Positions 38,714-47,347 of a DNA stretch of 64,000 nt are shown here, one piece after another. Below the pieces are notes generated by a model. The model saw only the letters and a program-made list of their open reading frames with translations, was not told the origin of the DNA and did not search any database. The DNA is from Polyangiales bacterium. Lineage in GTDB: Bacteria; Myxococcota_A; Polyangia; Polyangiales; Polyangiaceae. The first letter of the stretch is position 1. Every line of letters starts with the position of its first letter. The stretch is taken from the NCBI GenBank assembly GCA_038231275.1, contig JBBRLQ010000005.1, positions 32,001 through 96,000 on the forward strand. The letters run 5' to 3'. The position numbers and the translations under genes are program-made.

Positions 38714-41554
38714 ATGGGGGAAGTGGAAGACGCGAAAAAGAGCAAGGAGAGCGACGACGCCGTCGTCGACACGATCGTGCGCGCCGTCGCAGCGAGCGAG
38801 TCGGGGTTCGACGACGCGGTGCTGGGCGCGCTGTTCCAAGCGCTGAGCGGCAGCATCGCGCTCGAACACTTCGTCGTGTCGCTCGAAGAGGAAGACGGCA
38901 AGAGCTTCCGCGTTTTCGCGAGGGCGGGCGGCCCGGAGGACATCGCGTTTCCCGTCGGCATCCGCGTCCCGTTCGACGGCGTCGCCGAGGGCTTCACCGA
39001 GCCGATCCGCACGCAGGAGCCGGTCGTCGTCGACGACGTGGGCTCGCGGGGCTCCCCCCTCGACACCGCGCTCTTCCAGGCCGGCGTGCGGAGCTACGTC
39101 ACGGTGCCGGTCCAAGGAAAGGTCGGCAACCGCATCTTCATCTCGCTCACGAGCGGTGACGCACGCACGCCGTGGCGGGACAAGGTCAGCCTCTTCGCGC
39201 GCGTCGCACGCGTGCTCGAGCCGGCGTTCGGCCGGATCCGCTCGTTCTTGCGCGCGAACGTGCTCGCCGCGCTCGTCGAGGCGTCGCCCGACGGGATGCT
39301 CGCGCTCGACGGGAGCTTCGTGGTGCGCGAATGCAACGCGGCGGCGCTGCGGCTCCTCCGAAAGAAGCGCGCGGACGTCGTGGCGAGGACGCTTCGCGAA
39401 GTGCTCGGAAGCGAGGGGGGCGCGCGCGTCCAAGAGGCCCTGGCGGTCGGCGCGTCGGGCTTCGCGGGCGGGCTCGCCATCGGCGCGGGAGAGACCGAGC
39501 TCGTCGTCGACGCGACGGTGGGCGCGGTGGTCGGCGAGACCGAGGCCGCGTACCACGTTCACCTGCGGGACGCGCGCGAGCGCCGCGCCGTGGAGGCCGC
39601 GATGTCGCGCCGCCTCGAGCACCTCACGTTCCTCCGAACGTTGGGCGAGTCGCTCGGGAGCGATCTGCGCGTCCACACCGCCGTCGAACGCGCGCTGGAC
39701 GTGTGCATCGCGCACAGGCCCATCCGCACCATCGCGGCCCTTCGCGCCGAGGAAGCCGGGACCCTTCGCCTCATGGCCAGCCGTGGCGCCGAGGCATCCC
39801 TCGTGACCCGCCTCGGCTGGGTCCGGCGCGATCAGCTCGAGGCGCTCCGCGTCGGCGCCTCGTGGTCTCTCATCCTCCCATTGTCTCACGCGCGCAGGAC
39901 GTGGGGCACCCTCTTCGTCGTCGGCCGGGGCGATGGGGAGATTCCCCCGCACGAGCGCGAGCTCTGGGAGTCGGTCGCCGCGACGGTCGCGTCGGCCGTT
40001 CACGCGGCGCAGGACTACGAGCACGTCGTCGAGCTCGAGGCGGAGAAGCGCGTCCTGGTCGACAGCCTCCCGGTCATCGTCGCGCGCGTAGAGCCGGCGC
40101 TCGCGTGGTCGACGTCGTTCGTGAACGGCGCCGCGGAGCGGATTCTCGGCGCATCGGCGGGAGAGCTCGCGGGCCTCCCTGGCCTCGACGGAATGTTGGA
40201 TCCCACCGATCGAGAGGCGGCGGCGAAGACGCGACGGCGCGCGGCGTGCGGGGAGAAGGTCGACTGGGCGGATCGCCACTACCGCCACAAGGACGGCCGC
40301 CCGCTCACGCTCCGCGAGTACGTCTACCCCGTGTACGACGCCGACGGGAGCGTACGCGCGGTGCAAATCATCGCGTACGACGTGACGACCGAGATCGAGT
40401 CGCGGCGTCGGCTCATCCAGACCGATCGCCTCGCATCGTTGGGCGCGCTCGCCGCCGGCATCGCCCACGAGATCAACAACCCCGTCGCCTTCATCGGGCT
40501 GGCCGCCGGGCAGCTCCCGCGCCAGACCGATCCCGAGCGCGTCGCCGAGCTCTCGCGCGAGATCGGCGACGCCGCGCACCGCATCGCGCACATCGTCGGG
40601 GAGCTCAAGCTCTTTACACGCATCCCCGACGGCGCCGCGGCGACGCCGGTTGACGTCAACCGCATGCTCGAGAACGCGGTGACGCTGACCTCGGCGGAGG
40701 TGCGCCGGCGCGCGCGACTCGACGTCGTGCTCGGCGATCTGCCGCTCGCGCCCGGGCGCTTCTCCAGCCTCGGGCAGGCGTTCGTGAACCTCCTGCTCAA
40801 CGGCGCGCAGGCGGTGGAGCTCTCGCCGCCGGGCGTCACGCGCGCGGTCACCGTGACGAGCTCCACGCGCGACGGCACCATCGTCGTGGAGTTCACCGAC
40901 AGCGGACCCAGCATCCCGCGCGAGCAGCTGTCGCGGATCTTCGATCCGTTCTTCGCGTCGGAGCGAATGGTCGCGGGGCTCGGCCTCTCCATCGCGTACG
41001 ACATCGTGCGTCGCGGAGGAGGCGAGCTGCGCGTCGACGCGACGGCAGCGGGCGGGACCAAATTCGAGGTCGTCCTGCCGATCGACGGCGCCGATCGCGA
41101 GGATGACGCCGAGGTCGCGCTCCCGCGCCGCATGACCTTCGAGAAGCCGTCGCCCATCCCGGCGGCCGGCGAGCGTCGTCGCGTGCTCATCATCGACGAC
41201 GAGCTCGCGCTGGCCAAGGCGCTCGCTCGGCAGCTCGCGGGGCGCTACGAGGTCGACACCGCCTCGACCGCCGCCGACGCGCTCGCGCAGCTGGCGGTGC
41301 ACGCCTACGACGCGGTCGTGTGCGATCTGCGGATGCCGGATCAGTCTGGCCCGTCCATCCACGCGGCGATCCACGCGCGCGCGAAGGCCCAGGCCGATCG
41401 CTTCATCTTCACGACCGGCGGCAGCTACGGCACCAGCGACGACGAGATCCACGAGCGCGCGACCCGCACCGGCCGCCCCGTGCTCGAGAAGCCGTTCGAC
41501 GGTCAGAGCTTCGAGGCGCTCGTCGCCGAAGTTGCCAGCGCCCCCGTCGGCTAG
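38714..41554 (+). CDS. Cytoplasmic hybrid histidine kinase (GAF-PAS-GAF-PAS-HisKA-HATPase-REC)
   Basis: AGIAHEINNP H-box, NLLLNG N-box, FDPFF, GLGL; receiver VLIIDDE...CDLRMP...KPF. Confidence 0.9.
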   Translation: MGEVEDAKKSKESDDAVVDTIVRAVAASESGFDDAVLGALFQALSGSIALEHFVVSLEEEDGKSFRVFARAGGPEDIAFPVGIRVPFDGVAEGFTEPIRTQEPVVVDDVGSRGSPLDTALFQAGVRSYVTVPVQGKVGNRIFISLTSGDARTPWRDKVSLFARVARVLEPAFGRIRSFLRANVLAALVEASPDGMLALDGSFVVRECNAAALRLLRKKRADVVARTLREVLGSEGGARVQEALAVGASGFAGGLAIGAGETELVVDATVGAVVGETEAAYHVHLRDARERRAVEAAMSRRLEHLTFLRTLGESLGSDLRVHTAVERALDVCIAHRPIRTIAALRAEEAGTLRLMASRGAEASLVTRLGWVRRDQLEALRVGASWSLILPLSHARRTWGTLFVVGRGDGEIPPHERELWESVAATVASAVHAAQDYEHVVELEAEKRVLVDSLPVIVARVEPALAWSTSFVNGAAERILGASAGELAGLPGLDGMLDPTDREAAAKTRRRAACGEKVDWADRHYRHKDGRPLTLREYVYPVYDADGSVRAVQIIAYDVTTEIESRRRLIQTDRLASLGALAAGIAHEINNPVAFIGLAAGQLPRQTDPERVAELSREIGDAAHRIAHIVGELKLFTRIPDGAAATPVDVNRMLENAVTLTSAEVRRRARLDVVLGDLPLAPGRFSSLGQAFVNLLLNGAQAVELSPPGVTRAVTVTSSTRDGTIVVEFTDSGPSIPREQLSRIFDPFFASERMVAGLGLSIAYDIVRRGGGELRVDATAAGGTKFEVVLPIDGADREDDAEVALPRRMTFEKPSPIPAAGERRRVLIIDDELALAKALARQLAGRYEVDTASTAADALAQLAVHAYDAVVCDLRMPDQSGPSIHAAIHARAKAQADRFIFTTGGSYGTSDDEIHERATRTGRPVLEKPFDGQSFEALVAEVASAPVG

Positions 41555-41614
41555 ACGGCCGACCTCGACGGCTCAGCTCACCCTCGACCCCAACAGTGCC
41601 GGCCGGCCACGAAA

Positions 41615-41680
41615 GATACGAACACAGGCTTGACAAAAGTTAGACAAAAGCTATTCATTGATGAGTGAGTATGTACACAG
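41615..41680 (+). promoter_or_regulatory. Sigma-70 promoter (-35 TTGACA at 41630) overlapped by phased 11-bp direct repeats (CarH/CarA-type operator)
   Basis: Units gataCgaACAc, aggcTtgACAa, aagtTagACAa, aagcTatTCAt, one non-matching unit, then tatgTacACAg; AT-rich patch in high-GC DNA. Confidence 0.7.
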
Positions 41681-42969
41681 CCAACGAAAATGCCGATCGG
41701 AGCCACGCGCCCCCGCATGGGAAGGGCTCGTCGTTGAAGATCGCCGTCGTCGGCACCGGAATCGCGGGAAACGTCGCCGCTCATCTGCTGGCGGACGACC
41801 ACGACCTGACGATTTTCGAGAAGAACGACTACGTCGGCGGCCACACCAACACCGTCCGCGTCGATGCAGAAGACGGCACGCACGCCATCGACACGGGCTT
41901 CATCGTCTTCAACGAGGAGCGCTACCCGAGCTTCGTGAAGCTCCTCGCGCGGATCGGCGCCGCCTCGCAGCCGACGGGCATGAGCTTCAGCGTACGCAGG
42001 GACGACGACGGCCTGGAGTACTCGAACCGCGCGCTCTTCGCGCAGAGACGAAACGCCGTGTCGCCGCGCTTCCTTCGGATGGTCGCGGACATCGTTCGCT
42101 TCAACGCGAGCTCGCGCGAGCTCCTCCTCGCCGCCGACGACCGCGTCCTCCTCGGGCCCTATCTCGAGGAGCATCGCTACTCGGAAGCGTTCATCGAGAG
42201 CTTTCTCTACCCGATGGGAGCGGCCATCTGGTCGTCAGACCCGCTCCAGATGCGGGAGTTCCCGGCGCGCTTTTTCGCCCAATTCTTCACGAACCACCGC
42301 TTCCTCGACATCTTCGGACAGCCGGAGTGGCGGGTCGTCCGTGGCGGCTCGAGCGCGTACGTCGACAAACTCATGGCAGGCGTCCGGGATCGGATTCGCC
42401 TCTCGACCCCGGTGACGTCGATCCGCCGCGAAGGCGATCACGTCCTCGTCACGCCGCGCGGTGGTGAGCCGGAGCGCTTCGACGAGGTCGTGATCGCCGC
42501 GCACGCCGACGAGGCGCTCGCGATGTTGGAGGATCCGACCGCTCTCGAGCGCGAAATCCTCGGGAGCTTCCGGTTTCAGGAGAACGTCGCGGTGCTCCAC
42601 ACCGACACGAAGCTGATGCCTCGACGCCGTCCCGCGTGGGCGTGCTGGAACGCGAACGTCCCGCGGCAGAAGACCGGCGCCGTCTCCGTCACCTACGACA
42701 TGAACCTCCTCCAGGGGCTCCGGACGAAGGCCGAGTACCTCGTGACGCTCAACCGCACCGAGCAGATCGACCCGCGCGCCGTCCTCCGCGAGATCCGGTA
42801 TCACCACCCGGTCTTCTCGGCCGCCGCGGTCGTCGCGCAGCGGAGGCACAGCGAGATCAGCGGACAGCGCCGTACGCACTTCTGCGGCGCCTACTGGGGC
42901 TTTGGGTTCCATGAGGACGGGGTAAACAGCGGCCTCGCGGTCGCACGCCACTTCGGAAAGGACCTCTAG
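41665..42969 (+). CDS. FAD-dependent oxidoreductase / fatty-acid desaturase (UfaD-like)
   Basis: IAVVGTGIAG, GGHTNT, DTGFIVFN..YP, AAIWS, YHHP, GAYWGFGFHEDG. Start GTG 41665 or ATG 41671. Confidence 0.88.
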   Translation: MSMYTANENADRSHAPPHGKGSSLKIAVVGTGIAGNVAAHLLADDHDLTIFEKNDYVGGHTNTVRVDAEDGTHAIDTGFIVFNEERYPSFVKLLARIGAASQPTGMSFSVRRDDDGLEYSNRALFAQRRNAVSPRFLRMVADIVRFNASSRELLLAADDRVLLGPYLEEHRYSEAFIESFLYPMGAAIWSSDPLQMREFPARFFAQFFTNHRFLDIFGQPEWRVVRGGSSAYVDKLMAGVRDRIRLSTPVTSIRREGDHVLVTPRGGEPERFDEVVIAAHADEALAMLEDPTALEREILGSFRFQENVAVLHTDTKLMPRRRPAWACWNANVPRQKTGAVSVTYDMNLLQGLRTKAEYLVTLNRTEQIDPRAVLREIRYHHPVFSAAAVVAQRRHSEISGQRRTHFCGAYWGFGFHEDGVNSGLAVARHFGKDL

Positions 42970-42971
42970 CG

Positions 42972-43751
42972 ATGGAGAGCGCCATCTTCCTCGGCCGCGT
43001 GCGTCACGCCCGCTTCATCGCGCCGCGCCGCGCATTCACCTACTCGATGTTCATGGTGTACCTGGACCTCGCGGAGCTCGACGACGTGTTCGCGCGGCGC
43101 TGGTTCTGGAGCACGAGCACGCCGAACGTCGCCTGGTTTCGCCGCCAGGATCACTACGGGGATCCCGATGTGCCGCTCGACGTGGCGATCCGCGATCTCG
43201 TGGCCGAGCGCACCGGTGCGCGTCCCGACGGGCCGATCCGCCTCCTCACGCACCTGCGCTACTTCGGGCATTGCTTCAACCCGGTGTCCTTCTACTACTG
43301 CTTCGCGAAGGACGGCCGGACGCTCCAGACGGTCGTCGCGGAGGTGAGCAACACACCGTGGGAGGAGCGGCACATGTACGTGCTGCCCGAGGCGGAGAAC
43401 CGCGGTACCGGAGGCGCCAAGCGCTACGACTTCGCCAAGGCGTTTCACGTCTCGCCATTTCTCGGGATGGACATGGAGTACGGCTGGCGGTTCGGGCTGC
43501 CACCGGCGAGTGGCCGCGGCCCGCTCTGGGTCCACATGAAGAACGGGCGCGGCGCGTCGCGCGTCTTCGAGGCGACGCTCACGCTCTCGCGCCGCCCCAT
43601 GACGGGACCGTGGCTCGCGCGCGTCCTCCTCCTGCACCCGATGATGACGCTCACGGTCGTCGTCGCGATCTACTGGCAAGCGCTCGTCCTGTGGGCGCGG
43701 CGAGCCCCGTTTCATCCGCATCCACGCACTCTGACCCCGAGGCAGCCATGA
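42972..43751 (+). CDS. DUF1365 protein (UfaO-like)
   Basis: VRHARF..P...FTY, FNPVSFYYC, EVSNTPW.ERH.Y, KAFHVSPF, IYWQAL.LW. Confidence 0.9.
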   Translation: MESAIFLGRVRHARFIAPRRAFTYSMFMVYLDLAELDDVFARRWFWSTSTPNVAWFRRQDHYGDPDVPLDVAIRDLVAERTGARPDGPIRLLTHLRYFGHCFNPVSFYYCFAKDGRTLQTVVAEVSNTPWEERHMYVLPEAENRGTGGAKRYDFAKAFHVSPFLGMDMEYGWRFGLPPASGRGPLWVHMKNGRGASRVFEATLTLSRRPMTGPWLARVLLLHPMMTLTVVVAIYWQALVLWARRAPFHPHPRTLTPRQP

Positions 43752-45043
43752 GAGAATCATCACGCGCGCTCGTCGCCGACTCCGGACACTTCTACGCGGG
43801 CGCGGCCGGCGCGGCGTCCCTGTCTCTCCTCGACGGAGTGAGCCGTCGCCGCGTCCTCTCGCTCTTCGGCGAGATCGCGCGGGGCTCGCTCACCGTCGTG
43901 GACGGCGGAGAGCGTCTCGTCTTCGGCGAGCCTGGCCCGCTCGCGGCGACGATCACCGTGCACGATCCGGCAGCCTACCGCGCGCTCCTCTTTCACGGGA
44001 GTGTCGGCGCCGGGGAGGGGTACATGAAGGGCCTCTGGTCGTGCGACGATCTCGCCGCTCTCGCGCGGATCTTCGCCCGCAACCTGGACGCGCTCGGTGC
44101 GATGGAGGGTGGGGCCACGCGGCTCTCGCGCCTCGCGGGCGAGGTCCTCACGATGGTGACGCGTCGCAACACGCGGGCCGGCAGCCGGCGCAACATCGCG
44201 CATCACTACGATCTCTCGAACGAGCTGTTCGCGCTCTTCCTCGATCCGCAGATGATGTATTCGAGCGCGATCTTCGAGTCGAAGACCTCGACGCTCGAAG
44301 AGGCGCAGCTCGCGAAGCTCGATCGGATTTGCCAGAGGCTGGAGCTCGCGCCGACGGACCACGTCCTCGAGATCGGCACCGGCTGGGGCGCCTTCGCCAT
44401 CCACGCCGCGCGCGAATACGGCTGCCGCGTGACGACGACGACCGTCTCGGCGGAGCAGCACCGCTTGGCGATCGAACGCGTCCGAGCCGCGGGGCTCGAA
44501 GACCGGATCGAGGTGCTTCTTCGCGACTACCGCGACCTCGACGGGAAGTACGACAAGCTCGTCTCCATCGAGATGATCGAGGCCGTCGGGCACGAGTTCT
44601 TGCCGGAGTACTTTCGCGCGTGCAGCGAGCGGCTCGCGGCCGACGGGCGCATGCTCCTCCAGGCCATCACGATCGCGGATCAGAACCACGCGCGCCATCG
44701 CGCCAGCGTCGACTTCATCAAGCAGTACATCTTCCCGGGCAGCTGCATCCCGTCGGTGACCACGATGGTCGACGCGGCGACGGTCGCGTCCGATCTCCGT
44801 CTCGTCGGACTCGAGGACATCACGCCGCACTACGCGCAGACCCTCCGCGCCTGGCGCGCGCGCTTCCACGAGAACGCCGATCAGGTGCGGCGACTCGGCT
44901 TCGACGAGGCGTTCATGCGAATGTGGGACTACTACTTGGCCTACTGCGAAGGTGGGTTCGAGGAGCGGTACCTCGGGTGCGTCCACATGCTCTTCGACAA
45001 ACCGCGGGCGCGCGGCCAGTCGATCCTTCCCCGGCTCCGATGA
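43748..45043 (+). CDS. cfa: Cyclopropane-fatty-acyl-phospholipid synthase family methyltransferase (Cfa/UfaM-like)
   Basis: NIAHHYDLSN, MMYSSA, LEIGTGWG, SIEMIEAVG, YIFPG, YLAYCEGGF. Confidence 0.92.
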   Translation: MRESSRALVADSGHFYAGAAGAASLSLLDGVSRRRVLSLFGEIARGSLTVVDGGERLVFGEPGPLAATITVHDPAAYRALLFHGSVGAGEGYMKGLWSCDDLAALARIFARNLDALGAMEGGATRLSRLAGEVLTMVTRRNTRAGSRRNIAHHYDLSNELFALFLDPQMMYSSAIFESKTSTLEEAQLAKLDRICQRLELAPTDHVLEIGTGWGAFAIHAAREYGCRVTTTTVSAEQHRLAIERVRAAGLEDRIEVLLRDYRDLDGKYDKLVSIEMIEAVGHEFLPEYFRACSERLAADGRMLLQAITIADQNHARHRASVDFIKQYIFPGSCIPSVTTMVDAATVASDLRLVGLEDITPHYAQTLRAWRARFHENADQVRRLGFDEAFMRMWDYYLAYCEGGFEERYLGCVHMLFDKPRARGQSILPRLR

Positions 45044-46035
45044 CCGCGATGTCCGCCCTCGTGCGCGCCCTTCGTAGCGTGACCGATTGGGTGCTCCCGT
45101 TTTCGTTCAACCGGATGGGGTTCGAGCTCAATCGACTCGGCTTCGACGCGGCCGAGGTCCCCGAGGACGGCGAGGGGCGCGTCGCGCTCGTGACCGGCGC
45201 GAACTCGGGGATCGGGCTCGCCACCGCGCGCGCTCTCGCGAAGCGCCGGTTCGACGTCTGGATGCTCTGCCGCGACCGGGCGAGGGGGGAGGACGCGCGA
45301 AAAACGCTCGCGCGCGAGCACGGGGAGGATCGCGTGCACCTCGCCGTCGTCGACATGTCGAGCCTCGACTCGATCCGGAGCGTCGCGAAGGAGCTGCCGC
45401 TGGATCGCGTCGATGTGCTCGTCCACAACGCCGGCGTCCTCCCGCACGAGAAGACGCTCACGGCCGACGGTGTGGAGCTCACGTTCGCGACCAACGTCCT
45501 CGGCCCCTACGCGCTCACCGGGCTGCTTCTCGACCGCCTCGCGCGATCGCAGGACGCGCGCGTCGTCTTCGTCGCCTCCGGAGGTCTCTACGCGCAGCGC
45601 CTCGATCTCTCTCTTCCCGACGTCGCCCCGGCGTCCTTCGACGGCGTACGCGCGTACGCCAACGCGAAGCGGGCGCAGGTCGTCCTCGCGCACGTGCTCG
45701 CGGACAGACTCGCGGGGCGCGCGCCGATCACGTTCGCGAGCATGCACCCCGGCTGGGCCGACACGGCGGCGGTGCGGACGTCGCTTCCCCGCTTTCATCA
45801 GACGATGCGGAGCGTCCTTCGCGACGCCGAGCAGGGTGCCGACACCGTCGTATGGCTCGCGACGAGCCCGCGCCCTCGAGGGACCCGCGGCAATTTCTGG
45901 TTCGACCGACGGGTGGTCGCCGAGTACCCGCTCCCGTGGACGCGTGAGCGCCGCGCCGCGCGCGAGGAGCTCGTCGCGACGTGCGCGCGGCTGAGCGGGG
46001 TCAGCGTCGACCTCTCCAACGGAAAGGCGGCATGA
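45040..46035 (+). CDS. Short-chain dehydrogenase/reductase (DHRS12-like)
   Basis: TGANSGIG, HNAG, YANAK, MHPGWADT, EQGADTVVWLA. Confidence 0.9.
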   Translation: MTAMSALVRALRSVTDWVLPFSFNRMGFELNRLGFDAAEVPEDGEGRVALVTGANSGIGLATARALAKRRFDVWMLCRDRARGEDARKTLAREHGEDRVHLAVVDMSSLDSIRSVAKELPLDRVDVLVHNAGVLPHEKTLTADGVELTFATNVLGPYALTGLLLDRLARSQDARVVFVASGGLYAQRLDLSLPDVAPASFDGVRAYANAKRAQVVLAHVLADRLAGRAPITFASMHPGWADTAAVRTSLPRFHQTMRSVLRDAEQGADTVVWLATSPRPRGTRGNFWFDRRVVAEYPLPWTRERRAAREELVATCARLSGVSVDLSNGKAA

Positions 46036-46388
46036 CGGTGCGCACGGCCATCGTCCTCGCCGGGGGCTTCGCGGGGGCGATGGCCGTCCTGATCGGCCAC
46101 GCGCTGGTGACAGGAGCATTCTGGCAAGAAGGCAGCCTCCTCCTTTCGCTCGCATGGGGGAGGGTGACGCTCGCCGATCTGTACGTGGGCTTCGGCTTGT
46201 TCTCCGGCTGGGTGCTCTTCCGCGAGCGTCACGTGGGACGCGCGCTCGTGTTCGTGGTGCTCACGCTGTCGCTCGGAAACTTGTTCACGTGCATCTACGT
46301 TCTGATCGCGCTCCTCGGGAGTCGCGGAGATTGGGCGAAATTTTGGCTGGGTCACCGATCGGAGCGAGGAACAGGAGAGGCGCCATGA
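46032..46388 (+). CDS. Small membrane protein (DUF1475-like)
   Basis: WG.VTLADLYVGF..F..WV..RE; LGN...C.Y. Confidence 0.7.
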   Translation: MTVRTAIVLAGGFAGAMAVLIGHALVTGAFWQEGSLLLSLAWGRVTLADLYVGFGLFSGWVLFRERHVGRALVFVVLTLSLGNLFTCIYVLIALLGSRGDWAKFWLGHRSERGTGEAP

Positions 46389-46822
46389 CCGTCGACGAAG
46401 ACCAGGCTCTCGCGGAGACGCTCCGCGACATCTACGTGTCGTTCGAGCGCGAGGGGGAAGGCGCGATCGCGAGGCTCGCCAGGATCTACGACAGGGACGT
46501 CGTCTTCGATGATCCGCTCCAGACCCTGCGCGGGCGTGAGGCCTTTCTCGCGATGAATCGGCGCATCCTCCGGAGGGCGCGCCGTCTCTCGTTCGACGTC
46601 TCGGACGTCGCGTCGGGAGGTGGAGCGATTTTCCTCGCCTGGAAGATGCTCTACCAGCCGCGCGTCGGGCCGACGCTGACCTTCGTCGGGGCCACACGCG
46701 CCCGAACTCGGGCGGGGCTCATCGTCGAGCAGAGGGACTACTGGGACTTGCTGTCGAGCGTCGCGCAGAGCCTCCCGCTCGTCGGACGGATCTACGCGTC
46801 GCTGACGCCGCACCTGGGATGA
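46385..46822 (+). CDS. SnoaL/NTF2-like protein
   Basis: YDRDVVFDDP...GRE; QRDYWD. Confidence 0.85.
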   Translation: MTVDEDQALAETLRDIYVSFEREGEGAIARLARIYDRDVVFDDPLQTLRGREAFLAMNRRILRRARRLSFDVSDVASGGGAIFLAWKMLYQPRVGPTLTFVGATRARTRAGLIVEQRDYWDLLSSVAQSLPLVGRIYASLTPHLG

Positions 46823-47331
46823 GCGTGCGCGCGATCCTTCTGTTCCTCTGGTCCCAGGTCGGGTGGTTCGCCTGCGTGCTCGGGGCGGCGCGCGGTCACG
46901 TGTGGCTCGGGCCTGTCGTCGTCGCGGTCTCGCTCGCGGTGCACGTCGGGCGACGACGAGAACGACTTCGTGAGGGCGCGGTCCTCGCCGTCTCCGCGCT
47001 CGTGGGGTTCCTGGTCGACACGGCGCTCCTCCGCGCCGGCGTCGTTCGGATCTCGGGGGCGGCGTTCCCTCCGCTTTGGCTCGTGGCGCTCTGGCCGAAC
47101 TTCATCTCGACGACGGCCGAGGATGGGATCCTCCGCTCTCTTCCGAGGCGTCCGCTGCTCGCGGCGATCCTCGGCGCGATCGGCGGTCCGCTCGCCTACG
47201 ACGCAGGAGCCCGTTTGGGCGCGATCGCCTTGGGCCCAAATCGTCTCGTTTCGCTCGCCGTCGTCGGGCTCGTATGGGCAGCCGCAGTGCCCGCCCTCGT
47301 CACGGTACGCGCGCGTCTCGTGCCTCCGTGA
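46819..47331 (+). CDS. DUF2878 membrane protein
   Basis: QVGWFACVLG, PPLWLVALW, GAIGGPLAY.AG.RLGA. Confidence 0.85.
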   Translation: MSVRAILLFLWSQVGWFACVLGAARGHVWLGPVVVAVSLAVHVGRRRERLREGAVLAVSALVGFLVDTALLRAGVVRISGAAFPPLWLVALWPNFISTTAEDGILRSLPRRPLLAAILGAIGGPLAYDAGARLGAIALGPNRLVSLAVVGLVWAAAVPALVTVRARLVPP

Positions 47332-47347
47332 TCGCCGAGGTCCGCCG

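Noticed and set aside
38102-41452. 1116-aa minus-strand ORF
   Set aside because: Antisense to pdp and the hybrid kinase, both of which have clear family motifs.
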